DNA of 64,000 nt from an uncultured Gemmatimonadales bacterium (GTDB lineage Bacteria > Gemmatimonadota > Gemmatimonadetes > Longimicrobiales > Longimicrobiaceae), in contig OY970303.1 of the NCBI GenBank assembly GCA_963716255.1, positions 768,001 to 832,000 on the forward strand, given 5' to 3'. Numbering within the stretch: position 1 is the stretch's first letter; each line of letters starts with the position of its first letter. This document shows positions 41,545 through 50,951 of this stretch, one piece after another. The notes under the pieces are model-generated. The model worked only from the letters and a program-made list of their open reading frames with translations. It ran no database searches and had not been told where the DNA came from. Position numbers and translations under genes: made by a program.

Positions 41545-42404
41545 GCGGAAAAGGATACCGGCTCCCCCGCTTCCAGGCGCGCCAGGGCCTCGCCGCACCG
41601 CTCCCCCCAGGGGTTGAAGCGGTTGGTCTCCACGCCCTTGCGCCACGCCTCCGCGGCGTGGGCGGGGTCGCCGTCCAGGTAGTGCGCGTGTCCCAGCTCC
41701 CAGTACGCCTCGATCAGGTTGGGGCCCAGCTCCAGCGCCTTGCGGAAGAAGGAGCGTGCGTCGACGTACATCTCCCGCTCCAGGTACACCATCCCCATGT
41801 AGAGGTGCGCGTACAGCTGCGCCTTGCGGTCCGCCTCCTGGCGGATGGCGCGCGCCAGGTGCTCGATCGCCTCGCCGAAGATCCCCTTCTTGAGGCAGAT
41901 GTAGCCGACGTTCACCCGGGCCAGGGCGTTGTTCGGCTCCTTCATCAGCACCTTGGAGTAGGTGTACAGCGCCTCGTCGTACTGCTCCTGGAGCATCTGC
42001 GCCCACCCCAGCAGCGACTCCGCCCCGGGGTCGTTGGGGGCGAGCTCCAGCGCGCGGTTCAATTCCTTGACGGCGCGGGCGTGGTCGCCGGCGGCGATGG
42101 CGCTCCAGCCGCGCTCCACGTAGGTGCTGCTCCCCAGGTGGTCCGAGCGCGGCGGCGCGGCCGGGGCCATCCCGCGCGGCGTGGAGGCCGCGAGCGACTT
42201 GTAGCGGTCCACCAGCGCGCGGATCTCCTCCTTGAAGGCGGCGAGCTGCTCCAGGGCGCCCTCCGTTTCGCGGAACAGCTCCATGATGTCGCGCTTGATG
42301 CGGTCGCGCTCCTCCACCGGGGTGCCCGTGCCGGCGCCCGTGAGCGCGGCGTCGATCTCGTCGTAGCGGGTCCGCAGCGACCCGACGTACTGCTCGCGCG
42401 TCAT
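41541..42404 (-). CDS. Coiled-coil plus TPR protein
   Basis: N-terminal helical hairpin, about 5 TPRs, C-terminal NRFNPWG. Confidence 0.88.
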   Translation of the reverse strand: MTREQYVGSLRTRYDEIDAALTGAGTGTPVEERDRIKRDIMELFRETEGALEQLAAFKEEIRALVDRYKSLAASTPRGMAPAAPPRSDHLGSSTYVERGWSAIAAGDHARAVKELNRALELAPNDPGAESLLGWAQMLQEQYDEALYTYSKVLMKEPNNALARVNVGYICLKKGIFGEAIEHLARAIRQEADRKAQLYAHLYMGMVYLEREMYVDARSFFRKALELGPNLIEAYWELGHAHYLDGDPAHAAEAWRKGVETNRFNPWGERCGEALARLEAGEPVSFSA

Positions 42405-42928
42405 TCGCCTGCGCTCGCGGGGTTTTCGGGCTCCGATCCCGCGGCGTCCGGCAGGAGGTCCGCCGTTTCCAGGGCGATCCGCTCCTGGCTGCTGAGGATG
42501 CGCTCGATGTCGATCAGCACCACCAGGCGCGCCTCCAGCCGCACGATGCCGCGCACGAACTCCGCGGCCAGGCCGCGGATGTACGCGGGCGGCTCGGACA
42601 CCGCGGTCTCGGGGACGCGCAGCACCTCGGTGACGGCGTCAACCACCAGCCCCAGGCGCTCCCCGCCGTGCTCCACCAGCACCACGCGGGTCTCGTCGTT
42701 CACGGGCGCCTCGGCCAGCTCGAAGCGGCGGCGCATGTCCACCACGGGCACCAGCGTGCCGCGCACGTCGATCACCCCCTCCACGAACTCCGGGGCGCGC
42801 GGCACCGGCGTGGGCTCCGAGTAGCGCAGGATCTCGTGGACGGCGAACACGTCCAGACCGAACTCCTCCGGGCCGAGGCGGAAGGTCACGAGCTGGACCT
42901 GGGGAACGACTTGACGGACCTTTCTCAC
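42401..42928 (-). CDS. cheW: Chemotaxis adaptor CheW
   Basis: LVTFRLG.EEFG, P..PEFVEGVIDVRG..VPVVD, GLVVDAV. Confidence 0.93.
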   Translation of the reverse strand: MRKVRQVVPQVQLVTFRLGPEEFGLDVFAVHEILRYSEPTPVPRAPEFVEGVIDVRGTLVPVVDMRRRFELAEAPVNDETRVVLVEHGGERLGLVVDAVTEVLRVPETAVSEPPAYIRGLAAEFVRGIVRLEARLVVLIDIERILSSQERIALETADLLPDAAGSEPENPASAGE

Positions 42929-43419
42929 GGGGTCTCCCGGGTGGTCAGGGATGTGAAGTTCGACAGCACGGCCGCCAGGTCGAGGAGGGTCACCAGCGCG
43001 TCGCCGGCGCGCGCGACCCCCAGCACATGCTCCTCCTGCTCCGCGCCCCGCTGCGGCGCCGGACGGACGGCGGCGGCGGGGAACGCGGCCACCTCGCGCG
43101 CCTCGTCCACCGCCACGCCCACGCGGCGCTCGCCGGCGTCCAGCACCAGCACGTCCGGCGTCACCGTCTCCTCCAGGCGCAGCCCCAGCCCGGGGGCCAG
43201 GTCCAGCACCGGCACCAGCGAGCCGCGCAGGCGGATGACGCCCAGCAGGGGGCGCGGGAGGTCGGGGAGGGGGTGCACGCGCTGGCCGGTGACCACCTCC
43301 TCCACCAGCCGCACGTCGCAGGCGTGCAGCTCCCGCCCGATGCGGAAGACCACCCCGCGGAACTGCGCCTCGTCGATGTCGCCTTCGCGCGCGGGAAGGT
43401 GCGGATCGGGCACGCTCAC
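42925..43419 (-). CDS. cheW: Chemotaxis adaptor CheW (divergent)
   Basis: GTG at 43419; VVFRIG, LLGVIRLRG.LVPVLDL, GVAVD. Confidence 0.85.
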   Translation of the reverse strand: MSVPDPHLPAREGDIDEAQFRGVVFRIGRELHACDVRLVEEVVTGQRVHPLPDLPRPLLGVIRLRGSLVPVLDLAPGLGLRLEETVTPDVLVLDAGERRVGVAVDEAREVAAFPAAAVRPAPQRGAEQEEHVLGVARAGDALVTLLDLAAVLSNFTSLTTRETP

Positions 43420-44519
43420 CGGGCCTCCTGCGTGGCGGTGCGGACGGCCGCGGCGCGAACCTCGCCGGCGAGCGCGTCGGCGATGCGGTCCAGCGGGAGC
43501 ACGGAGGTGGCGTGCTCGGCGGCGGCGTGCGGCATCCCGTAGATCACCGAGGTGTGGCGGTCCTGGGCGATGCCGGAGCCCCCCGCGCGGACGATGGCGG
43601 CGAGCCCCTCGGCGCCGTCGCGCCCCATCCCCGTGAGCACCACGCCCACCGAGGCGGGGCCGTACGCGTCGGCGACGCTGCGGAAGAGCGGGTCGGCGGC
43701 GGGGCGAACCCCCCACACGGTGGGCTCGCGGTCCAGCGCGATGCGCGCGCCGGCCGCGCCCTGCACCACCCGCATGTGGAAGTCGCCCGGGGCCACGTAG
43801 ACGCGGCCCGCCAGCACCGGCTGGCCGTCCTCCGCCTCGGCGACGGGGAGAGGGCTCATGCCGTTGAGCCGCTCGGCCAGCGAGCGGGTGAAGCGCGCGG
43901 GCATGTGCTGCACCACCAGCACCGCGGCGCCCAGCCGCGCCGGCAGCCGGGGGACCAGCTCGGCCAGCGCCCGCGGCCCCCCGGTGGAGGCGGCCACCGC
44001 CACGGCCACCCCGGCGCCGGGGCCGCCGCCCTGGGAGGCGGCCCGCGGGGAGGCGGGCTCCGCGCCCCGTCGCGGCATGTGCACGCGGACGTTGGACAGG
44101 TTGGCGGCGGCGGCGGCGCGCAGCGCCTCCAGCAGCCGGTCGGACACCTTTTCCAGGTCCAGCGAGATGGTCCCCGAGGGCTTGGCGACGAAGTCCACCG
44201 CGCCGTAGTCCAGGGCGCGCAGCGTGGCCTCGCCGCCCTCGGTGGTGTAGGCGGAAAGCATCACCACGGGGCGCGGGGTCTCGCTCATGATGTACCCCAG
44301 CGCGCCCAGCCCGTCCAGCCCCGGCATCTCCACGTCCATGGTCACCAGGTCCGGGTCGTACTGGTGCACCTTGCGCAGGGCGTCCTCGCCGTCGCGGGCG
44401 GTGGCGACCACGCGGAACTCGTCGGTGCGCGACACCACGTCGGTGATGACGCGGCGCATGAAGGCGCTGTCGTCCACCACCAGCACGGTGATCGCGCCCC
44501 GCCGCTCAGAGCGCGACAT
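43416..44519 (-). CDS. cheB: Chemotaxis methylesterase CheB (REC plus esterase)
   Basis: VDDSAFMR, ASTGGP, QHMP, LTGMGRDG. Confidence 0.96.
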   Translation of the reverse strand: MSRSERRGAITVLVVDDSAFMRRVITDVVSRTDEFRVVATARDGEDALRKVHQYDPDLVTMDVEMPGLDGLGALGYIMSETPRPVVMLSAYTTEGGEATLRALDYGAVDFVAKPSGTISLDLEKVSDRLLEALRAAAAANLSNVRVHMPRRGAEPASPRAASQGGGPGAGVAVAVAASTGGPRALAELVPRLPARLGAAVLVVQHMPARFTRSLAERLNGMSPLPVAEAEDGQPVLAGRVYVAPGDFHMRVVQGAAGARIALDREPTVWGVRPAADPLFRSVADAYGPASVGVVLTGMGRDGAEGLAAIVRAGGSGIAQDRHTSVIYGMPHAAAEHATSVLPLDRIADALAGEVRAAAVRTATQEAR

Positions 44520-44997
44520 CGGGCCGCCCCACCGAGGACACCGTCACCCTTCCCTCTCCCACGTGGAAGCGGACCGAGCGCCCGTAGTCCGCCCCCACCT
44601 CCTCGCCGTGGATGGGGATGCGCAGCCTGCCGAGCGCCGCCCGCGCGGCGATCACGTTGCGCTCGCCCATGTTCAGCGTCCCGGGCGCCATCAGGCTGGC
44701 GAACATGGACGCGCCGCCCACCAGGCGCGCCTGCAGCCGCTCGCGGCGCCCGCCCAGCGCCACCACCTCGTCCGCCAGCAGCGGGACGGCGGTGGAGGCG
44801 AACTTGGACAGGTTGCTGGAGTCGCGCGCCAGCTGCTTCTCGGGGAGGAGCACGTGCGCCATCCCGCCCACCCGCGCCACCGGGTCGTGCAGCAGGATCG
44901 CCACGCACGAGCCCAGCCCCAGCGTCACCAGCGTGGCGTCGGCCCGCCCGACGGCGTGGTGCGCCACCTTCACGAAGATCTGACCTGCTGCCGTCAT
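44506..44997 (-). CDS. cheD: Chemoreceptor glutamine deamidase CheD
   Basis: TLGLGSCVA, GGMAHVLLP, GGASMF, GERN. Confidence 0.95.
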   Translation of the reverse strand: MTAAGQIFVKVAHHAVGRADATLVTLGLGSCVAILLHDPVARVGGMAHVLLPEKQLARDSSNLSKFASTAVPLLADEVVALGGRRERLQARLVGGASMFASLMAPGTLNMGERNVIAARAALGRLRIPIHGEEVGADYGRSVRFHVGEGRVTVSSVGRPDVAL

Positions 44998-45851
44998 GCG
45001 GGCTTCTGGAAGATGCGTTCCCGGTTGTTGACCGCGCGGAACATCCCGCGCGTGGGGCCGATCAGGGTCTCCACCTTGCCCAGGACCAGGAACCCGCCCG
45101 GGAGGAGCGCGTCGTAGAAGTGCTGGAACAGGCGCTCCTGGATCTCGCGGTCGAAGTAGATGATCACGTTGCGGCAGAAGATCAGGCTCTGCTCGCGGAG
45201 CGGCGGGTCGCTGATCAGGTCGCGCCGCACGAACGTGACGTTCCGCTTCGCCTCGGGGCGCAGGCGAAAGGGCGGCCCGGGAGAGAACCACCTGGCGCGC
45301 ACGGCGTCCGGCGTTTCCGTCAGCGAAAGCTCGGGGAACTCCGCGCGCGCCGCCGCCTCCAGGCTGCGCCGGTCGATGTCCGTGCCGGTGACGTGGAAGC
45401 GCGCCAGGTCGCCCGCGCGGCGGTGGCGCTCCGCCCACTCGTGCAGCAGGATGGAGACGGTGTACGCCTCCTCGCCGCTGGCGGAGCCGGCGCTCCAGAT
45501 GCGGTGCTGCGGGCGCGCCCAGTCGAACAGGCGCGGGATGACCACGTCCTCCACCACCTTCCAGGTGTCCGTGTTGCGGAACAGCTTGGTGACGTTGATG
45601 GTGAGCGTGTCCAGCAGCACGTCGTACTCGGCCGGCTCGGCGTCCAGGAGCCGCCCGTACTCGGCGAACGAGGCGCGGCCGCGGGCGCGCATACGCACCG
45701 CGATGCGGCGGCGCAGGCACTTGTCCTTGTAGAACTGGGTGTTGAAGCCCCGCTCGCGCTGGATCTTGACCTTGAGAAGCTCCAGCTCCTCGTCGTCGCC
45801 CTCCATCTGCGCGAAGGGAGTGCCCGGCTGCGGGCGCGGAGGAAAGCTCAT
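44994..45851 (-). CDS. cheR: Chemotaxis methyltransferase CheR
   Basis: LTINVTKLFRN, IWSAG.ASGEEAY, GTDID, IFCRNVIIYF. Confidence 0.95.
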   Translation of the reverse strand: MSFPPRPQPGTPFAQMEGDDEELELLKVKIQRERGFNTQFYKDKCLRRRIAVRMRARGRASFAEYGRLLDAEPAEYDVLLDTLTINVTKLFRNTDTWKVVEDVVIPRLFDWARPQHRIWSAGSASGEEAYTVSILLHEWAERHRRAGDLARFHVTGTDIDRRSLEAAARAEFPELSLTETPDAVRARWFSPGPPFRLRPEAKRNVTFVRRDLISDPPLREQSLIFCRNVIIYFDREIQERLFQHFYDALLPGGFLVLGKVETLIGPTRGMFRAVNNRERIFQKPA

Positions 45852-47467
45852 CGCAGCACCGTCTGCACCAGCTCCAGGTTGGTGCGCACCACCCCGTTCC
45901 CCGGGTTGAGCTCCAGCGCCCTCCTCCACAGCCGCACCGCTTCCTCCCGGTTCATCCGCTTGTAGTGGATGTTGCCCAGCTTGAAGTACGTGTCGTCCCC
46001 CAGGTCGGGGTCCAGCTCCAGCGCCCTTCCGTACGCCTCCGCCGCGTCGTCGTATGCGCCGCGGCGGTACAGCACGTCGCCCAGCGACTTGTGCGCCTGC
46101 GGCACGATCCCGTCCTCGTCCACCGCGCGCCGGTACAGCGCCTCGGCGTCCCGCCACTCCTGCCGCCGCTCGCGCACCGCGCCCAGGTGCAGCAGCAGCA
46201 GCGGCGCGTGGGGGTGCAGGCCGATCCCCTCCTCGCCCAGCCGCAGCGCTTCCGCGTCGCGCCCCGCCGCGGCCTCCGCCAGCACCGCGAAGGCGAAGTA
46301 CGCGGCCGGCGCCCTCCCCTGCCCCAGCGCCTCGCGGTAGGCGGCGAACGCCTCCGCGGCGGCGGGGGCGTCGCCCAGCTTGAGGCGCAGCACCGCGCGC
46401 GACAGCAGCACCTGCGGCCGCTTCGGCGCCAGGCGCGCGGCCTCCTCCACGGCGGCCAGGGCGTCCTCGGCGCGGCCGGCGCGCTCCAGGGCGAGCGCCA
46501 GGTTGTGGAAGGCGGCGGCGCGCGGGCCGCCCTGCTCGATGGTCTCCTTGAGCCAGCGCACCGCCGAGCGGTCGTCGCCCGTTCGCAGCCCGATCAGGGC
46601 CAGGTAGAAGCGCGCGTCGGCGCTCCCGGGCTGCAGCTCGGTCACCCGCCGGAACTCGCGGATGGCCTCCTCGTACATCCCCGTCTTGTAGAAGGCGATG
46701 CCCAGGTTGCGGTGCTCCTCGATGCGCGCCAGCGGCACCTCGCGCACCTCCACGGGGCGCTTGCGGCCCACGGGGTGGGCGAAGCCGGCCTGGATCAGCC
46801 CGAAGAGCGCCTTGCCCACGTCGAACTCCACCAGCCCGGACTCCTCCACCACCTCGTGCACGGTGCGCTTGCCGTCCACCAGGGGGATCACCTTGCGCTG
46901 CTCGTCGGTGAGGTCCACCCCCTCCAGCGGCCGGGCGCGGTCCATCTCGAAGATCAGGTCCAGCGAGGGGATGCGCTTCTCGACCAGGCTCCACTCGTCG
47001 ATCCGGCGCGCCCCTTCCAGCAGCAGGTTCTCCGGGTTGATGGAGACCAGCATCGCCCCCTCGGGCGGGCGCTGCTCCGCCTCGAAGTAGAACGAGCCCT
47101 GCGACCAGGTGAACAGGTAGTAGACCGCCTCCTCGATCTGGATGCGGATGTACTGCTCCAGCTGCTCGCGGGTGATGGAGCCGCGGCGGATGAGGATCTC
47201 GCCCAGCCGGATCTCGGGCTCGCGCGCCTGCTCGTCCACGGCGGCGGCGAGCGCGGCGGCCTCCAGCAGCCCGTTCTTGACCAGCAGGTCACCCAGGCGG
47301 TCGCGCCGGTTGACGATGGAGGCGTAGGTGATGCGCCCCCGGTCGAAGTAGATGTAGCCGAAGTTGGAGCGGTCGGTGACCGACAGGCACCCCGTCTTCT
47401 GCCCCATGGCCAGGAGCTGGAGGACGTCGGGGAGGCTGGCCTCCTTGAGGCTTCCCTTGATCGCCAT
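45848..47467 (-). CDS. DUF4388 (PATAN-like) plus TPR protein
   Basis: MAIKGSLKEASLPDVLQLL..GQKTGCL, LF.WSQG.F.FE, LLEGARRIDEW, C-terminal TPRs. Confidence 0.88.
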   Translation of the reverse strand: MAIKGSLKEASLPDVLQLLAMGQKTGCLSVTDRSNFGYIYFDRGRITYASIVNRRDRLGDLLVKNGLLEAAALAAAVDEQAREPEIRLGEILIRRGSITREQLEQYIRIQIEEAVYYLFTWSQGSFYFEAEQRPPEGAMLVSINPENLLLEGARRIDEWSLVEKRIPSLDLIFEMDRARPLEGVDLTDEQRKVIPLVDGKRTVHEVVEESGLVEFDVGKALFGLIQAGFAHPVGRKRPVEVREVPLARIEEHRNLGIAFYKTGMYEEAIREFRRVTELQPGSADARFYLALIGLRTGDDRSAVRWLKETIEQGGPRAAAFHNLALALERAGRAEDALAAVEEAARLAPKRPQVLLSRAVLRLKLGDAPAAAEAFAAYREALGQGRAPAAYFAFAVLAEAAAGRDAEALRLGEEGIGLHPHAPLLLLHLGAVRERRQEWRDAEALYRRAVDEDGIVPQAHKSLGDVLYRRGAYDDAAEAYGRALELDPDLGDDTYFKLGNIHYKRMNREEAVRLWRRALELNPGNGVVRTNLELVQTVLR

Positions 47468-49206
47468 CAGGCCAGCTCCTCGATGAGCCGGTCCTCCAGC
47501 GCGAGCGCCGACCAGGCCACCTTCTCGGTGTTGTAGAACCAGCGGTCCGTGCCGTCGGCGCGGGCGGCCGGAGCGGCAGGCTCCACGGCGGCCGGGGCCT
47601 CGTCGGCGGGGACGGCGTCGGGGGAGGGGGGCGCGGCGGCCAGGTCCACCACCAGCCCGCCCTCGAAGCGGGAGCGCAGCCGCGCGTCCAGCGCCGCCAG
47701 CTCGCGCGGCGCGCGGTCGGCGGCGGCGGCCACCTGCACGTCGGAGCGCAGCAGCGCGTCCAGCAGGTAGAACACCTCCTCCTGCACCCGCTCGTCGGCG
47801 GGCAGCTCCTGCAGGCCGTCCACCAGCAGCAGGTCGGCGGCGCGGTAGCGGCGGCGCCACGCCTCCGCGGCGCCGGCGCGCAGCGCGGGCGCCAGCTCCC
47901 GGGCGACGGCGCCCGCGCGCAGCCAGGCCACCCGCGAGTCCGGCCGCTCGGCCAGCGCCGCGCGCCCCACGGCGGCCAGCAGCTCCGCCGCGCCGGGGCC
48001 GTGGAGGAAGAGCGGGTTGTATCCGGCGGCGGGGGGCCCCAGCGCGCGCCGCGCCGAGCGCACCGACAGCGACTCCGCGCCCAGCCGCCCGGCCAGCTCG
48101 TCCAGCCCGGGTCCCTCGGGCGGCGCCGCGAGCGGCGCCGACGTGACGCGGGCCAGCTCCACCAGCGCCTCCGCCTCGTCCACCCGGTCCGGGTCGCGCA
48201 GGGTCGGGGACGCGGCGGCGGCGGGATCCAGCGCGCGCAGCTCCGCCCCGGCGGCGCGCAGGCGCTCCACGTCGGCGGCGAAGGCGGCGACCAGCGCGTC
48301 CACGTCGGGGGCGGAATCGGCCTCCAGCGCGTCCTCCAGGCGGCGGGTGCGCACGCCCTCCCCCTCCCAGCGCAGGATCGCCGCGCCCAGCGCCCGGCGC
48401 CACGGCGCGGCCTCCACCATCTCGGCGACGGTGAGGGTGATGTCGGAAAGGAAGGCGCCGAACTCGTCGGCGGCGAGGGCGCGCTCCGCGCTCATCCCCA
48501 GCAGCGGCCCCACCTCCTCCGCGGCGACCGGGCGCCCCTCGGCCTCCTGTGCGGCGAGCACGCGGTTCAGCCCGCCCTGGAGCTCGCGCACGCTCGCCCA
48601 TCCCAGCCCGCCCAGCGCTTCGGCCACGCCCGCACCCAGGGTCGCTCCGCGCTCGGCGGCCATGCGCCGCGCGATCGCGACGCGCGTCTCGGTCTCGGGC
48701 GGGGTCACGTCCACCAGCAGCCCGGCGGCCAGGCGGGAGACCAGGCGCGGGTCCAGCCCCTCGATCTCGCCCGGCGGCCGGTCGGAGGCGAGCACCACCT
48801 GCGCCCCGGCGCGCGACATGTCGTCCCACACGCGCAGCAGCTCGTCCTGGGTGCGCCCCTTGCCGCCCAGGAACTGCACGTCGTCCAGCAGGAGCAGGTT
48901 GACGCGGCGGTACTCGTCGCGGAAGGCGTCCAGCGTCCCCGCGGCCAGCGCGGCGCTCACCCCGTCCACCACCTCCTCCACGGTGCGGTACGCCACGCGC
49001 AGCTCGGGGCGCACGGTGCCGGCCAGGTGCCCCACCGCCGTGAGCAGGTGCGACTTCCCCATCCCCGGGCCGCCGTAGACCACGAGCGGGTTGTAGCTCG
49101 TCCCGGGCGACTCCGCGGCACGGCGCGCGGCGGCCGCGGCCAGGCGGTTGCTCGGCCCGACGACGAAGCCCTCGAAGGTGAGGCGGGGGTCCAGCGGGGA
49201 GGTCAT
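47467..49206 (-). CDS. DnaA/Hda-like protein with tandem AAA+ domains and no DNA-binding domain IV
   Basis: TFEGFVVGPSN, YNPL..YGGPGMGKSHLL, LLLDDVQF, SDRPP, RL.SR, VRELQG; second degenerate copy YNPLFLHGPG, LLLVDGLQ, RLRSRFEGGL. Confidence 0.88.
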   Translation of the reverse strand: MTSPLDPRLTFEGFVVGPSNRLAAAAARRAAESPGTSYNPLVVYGGPGMGKSHLLTAVGHLAGTVRPELRVAYRTVEEVVDGVSAALAAGTLDAFRDEYRRVNLLLLDDVQFLGGKGRTQDELLRVWDDMSRAGAQVVLASDRPPGEIEGLDPRLVSRLAAGLLVDVTPPETETRVAIARRMAAERGATLGAGVAEALGGLGWASVRELQGGLNRVLAAQEAEGRPVAAEEVGPLLGMSAERALAADEFGAFLSDITLTVAEMVEAAPWRRALGAAILRWEGEGVRTRRLEDALEADSAPDVDALVAAFAADVERLRAAGAELRALDPAAAASPTLRDPDRVDEAEALVELARVTSAPLAAPPEGPGLDELAGRLGAESLSVRSARRALGPPAAGYNPLFLHGPGAAELLAAVGRAALAERPDSRVAWLRAGAVARELAPALRAGAAEAWRRRYRAADLLLVDGLQELPADERVQEEVFYLLDALLRSDVQVAAAADRAPRELAALDARLRSRFEGGLVVDLAAAPPSPDAVPADEAPAAVEPAAPAARADGTDRWFYNTEKVAWSALALEDRLIEELA

Positions 49207-49210
49207 GCGG

Positions 49211-49825
49211 CTAGCCGGCGTCGGCCGCGAGCGGACGGTTGAAGCGCTGCGACAGGCGGCGGAGCACGTGCTCGCTGATCCCGCGCAGCGTGTCGAACAC
49301 CCCCGCCCCGGCGAGGGCGCGCGCCTCGTAGCGCGGCAGGTCGCGGTAGTTGAGGAGGTCGTCCATCTCCTCCGTGGAAAGCACGTCGGGGAGGTCGCGC
49401 TTGTTGTACTGGAGCACCAGGGGGATGGTGCGCGGGTCGGTCCCCTGCTCCAGCAGGTTGACCTGCAGGTTCCTGAAGCTTTCCAGGTTCTCCTCCTGCT
49501 GCATGCGCTGCGAGTCGGCCACGAACACCACCCCGTCGGCACCCTGCAGCACCAGCTTGCGGGTGGCGTCGTAGTACACCTGCCCGGGGACGGTGTAGAG
49601 CTGGAAGCGCGTCTGGAACCCCGAGATCGCCCCCAGCTCCAGCGGGAGGAAGTCGAAGAACAGCGTGCGGTCCGTCTCGGTCGCCAGGGAGATCATGCGC
49701 CCCTTGCGGTCGTCCGGGACCTGCGAGTGGATGTACTGCAGGTTGGTCGTCTTCCCCGACCGCCCGGGGCCGTAGTAGACGATCTTGCAGGTGATCTCTC
49801 GGGTCGAGTAGTTGACCAGCGACAT
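49211..49825 (-). CDS. mglA: MglA-family small GTPase
   Basis: KIVYYGPGRSGKTTNL, TETDRTLFFD, LYTVPGQ, YNKRD. Confidence 0.96.
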   Translation of the reverse strand: MSLVNYSTREITCKIVYYGPGRSGKTTNLQYIHSQVPDDRKGRMISLATETDRTLFFDFLPLELGAISGFQTRFQLYTVPGQVYYDATRKLVLQGADGVVFVADSQRMQQEENLESFRNLQVNLLEQGTDPRTIPLVLQYNKRDLPDVLSTEEMDDLLNYRDLPRYEARALAGAGVFDTLRGISEHVLRRLSQRFNRPLAADAG

Positions 49826-49835
49826 GGCTATCGCC

Positions 49836-50315
49836 TCACCGGGATCCGAAGAAGTGGTCCAGCCCGGCCTCCAGGTCCTTCTCGAAGGCCGCGGCGTCCG
49901 CCGTGGGGCGCGTCTCCCGCCAGCCGGGGAGGGCGGCCACCTCCTGCATCAGCGTGTTGAAGAAGACGCGCACCAGCCCGATGGACGAGTCGTCGCCGAA
50001 GACCGCGACCAGGATCAGCTCCTCGGCGGGGGTGGCGAAGGAGCCGATGAACACCTGGTCCCGCCCGCCGCCCTGGTGCAGGTGGTGGAAGCCGCGCTGC
50101 CCCAGGAGGGCGGCGATGGCGCGCGACGAAGCGTGGATCCCCGCTCCCAGCGCCGCCACCCCCATCACGTCCAGCGCGCGCGCGAACCCCCGCTGCGCCA
50201 GCACCTGGCCGCTCTCGTTGATGAGCAGCACCAGCCGCGTCCCCGCCTCGCGGGTGAAGCGCTCGACCGGCCCCGCCAGGTCGCCGACGAACTTTTCCAG
50301 GTCGCCGCGCCTCAT
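49836..50315 (-). CDS. mglB: MglB-like Roadblock/LC7 protein
   Basis: LLINESGQVL, AAL.AG......IA.LLG..F..L..G, LVAVF....IGLVR; directly upstream of mglA. Confidence 0.85.
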   Translation of the reverse strand: MRRGDLEKFVGDLAGPVERFTREAGTRLVLLINESGQVLAQRGFARALDVMGVAALGAGIHASSRAIAALLGQRGFHHLHQGGGRDQVFIGSFATPAEELILVAVFGDDSSIGLVRVFFNTLMQEVAALPGWRETRPTADAAAFEKDLEAGLDHFFGSR

Positions 50316-50353
50316 GCGGGGTCCCGTCGGAACAGAATTGAACTGCCGGGTTC

Positions 50354-50481
50354 GGGCGTGCCCCCGGCTGCGCCGGGGTCGGGCTGCGGCTCCGTAAGCG
50401 AGCAAACAACGCTCGCTAACGGAGGCGAGCCCGCGCAAACAGCCGCGCGGTCTCGCCGCTTCGCGCTCGCATCCCTCACGC
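50354..50481 (-). repeat. Multi-hairpin intergenic repeat (family A), copy 4
   Basis: Reverse complement of the 20670 element with compensatory stem changes. Confidence 0.88.
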
Positions 50482-50538
50482 GGGCCCGCGCTGGCGTCCG
50501 CGGGGCACCACGCCGCGCCCTCCACTCCCCCGTGTCAT

Positions 50539-50578
50539 TCTCCCCCCTTGCGGGGGAGGGGGCCGGGGGAGGGGGGTC
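50539..50578. repeat. REP-like palindrome (family C)
   Basis: tctcccccc-ttgc-gggggaggggg-ccgggggagggggg; similar to 28635-28680 and 61182-61224. Confidence 0.75.
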
Positions 50579-50597
50579 GCCATCGCCGTTCTCGCCC

Positions 50598-50951
50598 TCA
50601 TTGCAGCGCACCGGCGGCGCGGGCGGCCTCCAGGCGGACGAGCCCCACGTTCACCCAGCGCTCGGCCACCACCACCAGCAGCAGGTCGCCCATCTCCGGG
50701 GGGGCCGCGGCGAAGAGGAAGCCGTCGTCGCCCTCCACCTGGAGGAACGAAGCGCTCCCGAACGACGCCGCCCGGACGGACCTGCGCGCCCGCCGGAAGA
50801 GAGACGCCACCAGCGCCGCCACCGCGGGCCCGGGGACGCCGATCATCAGGTCGGCCTCCACCACCAGCCCGTCCTCGGCGGCCACCACCATGGAGCCGCG
50901 CACCCCGGGGATGCGGTTGATGACCGACAGCTGCTCCGCGAACGCGCTCAC
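50598..50951 (-). CDS. Roadblock/LC7 protein
   Basis: IPGVRGSMVV..EDGLVV, VAAL.AS, VNVGLVRLE; GTG start. Confidence 0.88.
   Translation of the reverse strand: MSAFAEQLSVINRIPGVRGSMVVAAEDGLVVEADLMIGVPGPAVAALVASLFRRARRSVRAASFGSASFLQVEGDDGFLFAAAPPEMGDLLLVVVAERWVNVGLVRLEAARAAGALQ

Noticed and set aside
47467..49206. Chromosomal dnaA / oriC
   Set aside because: Lacks domains I and IV; no dnaN or gyrB neighbours and no AT-rich DnaA-box region.
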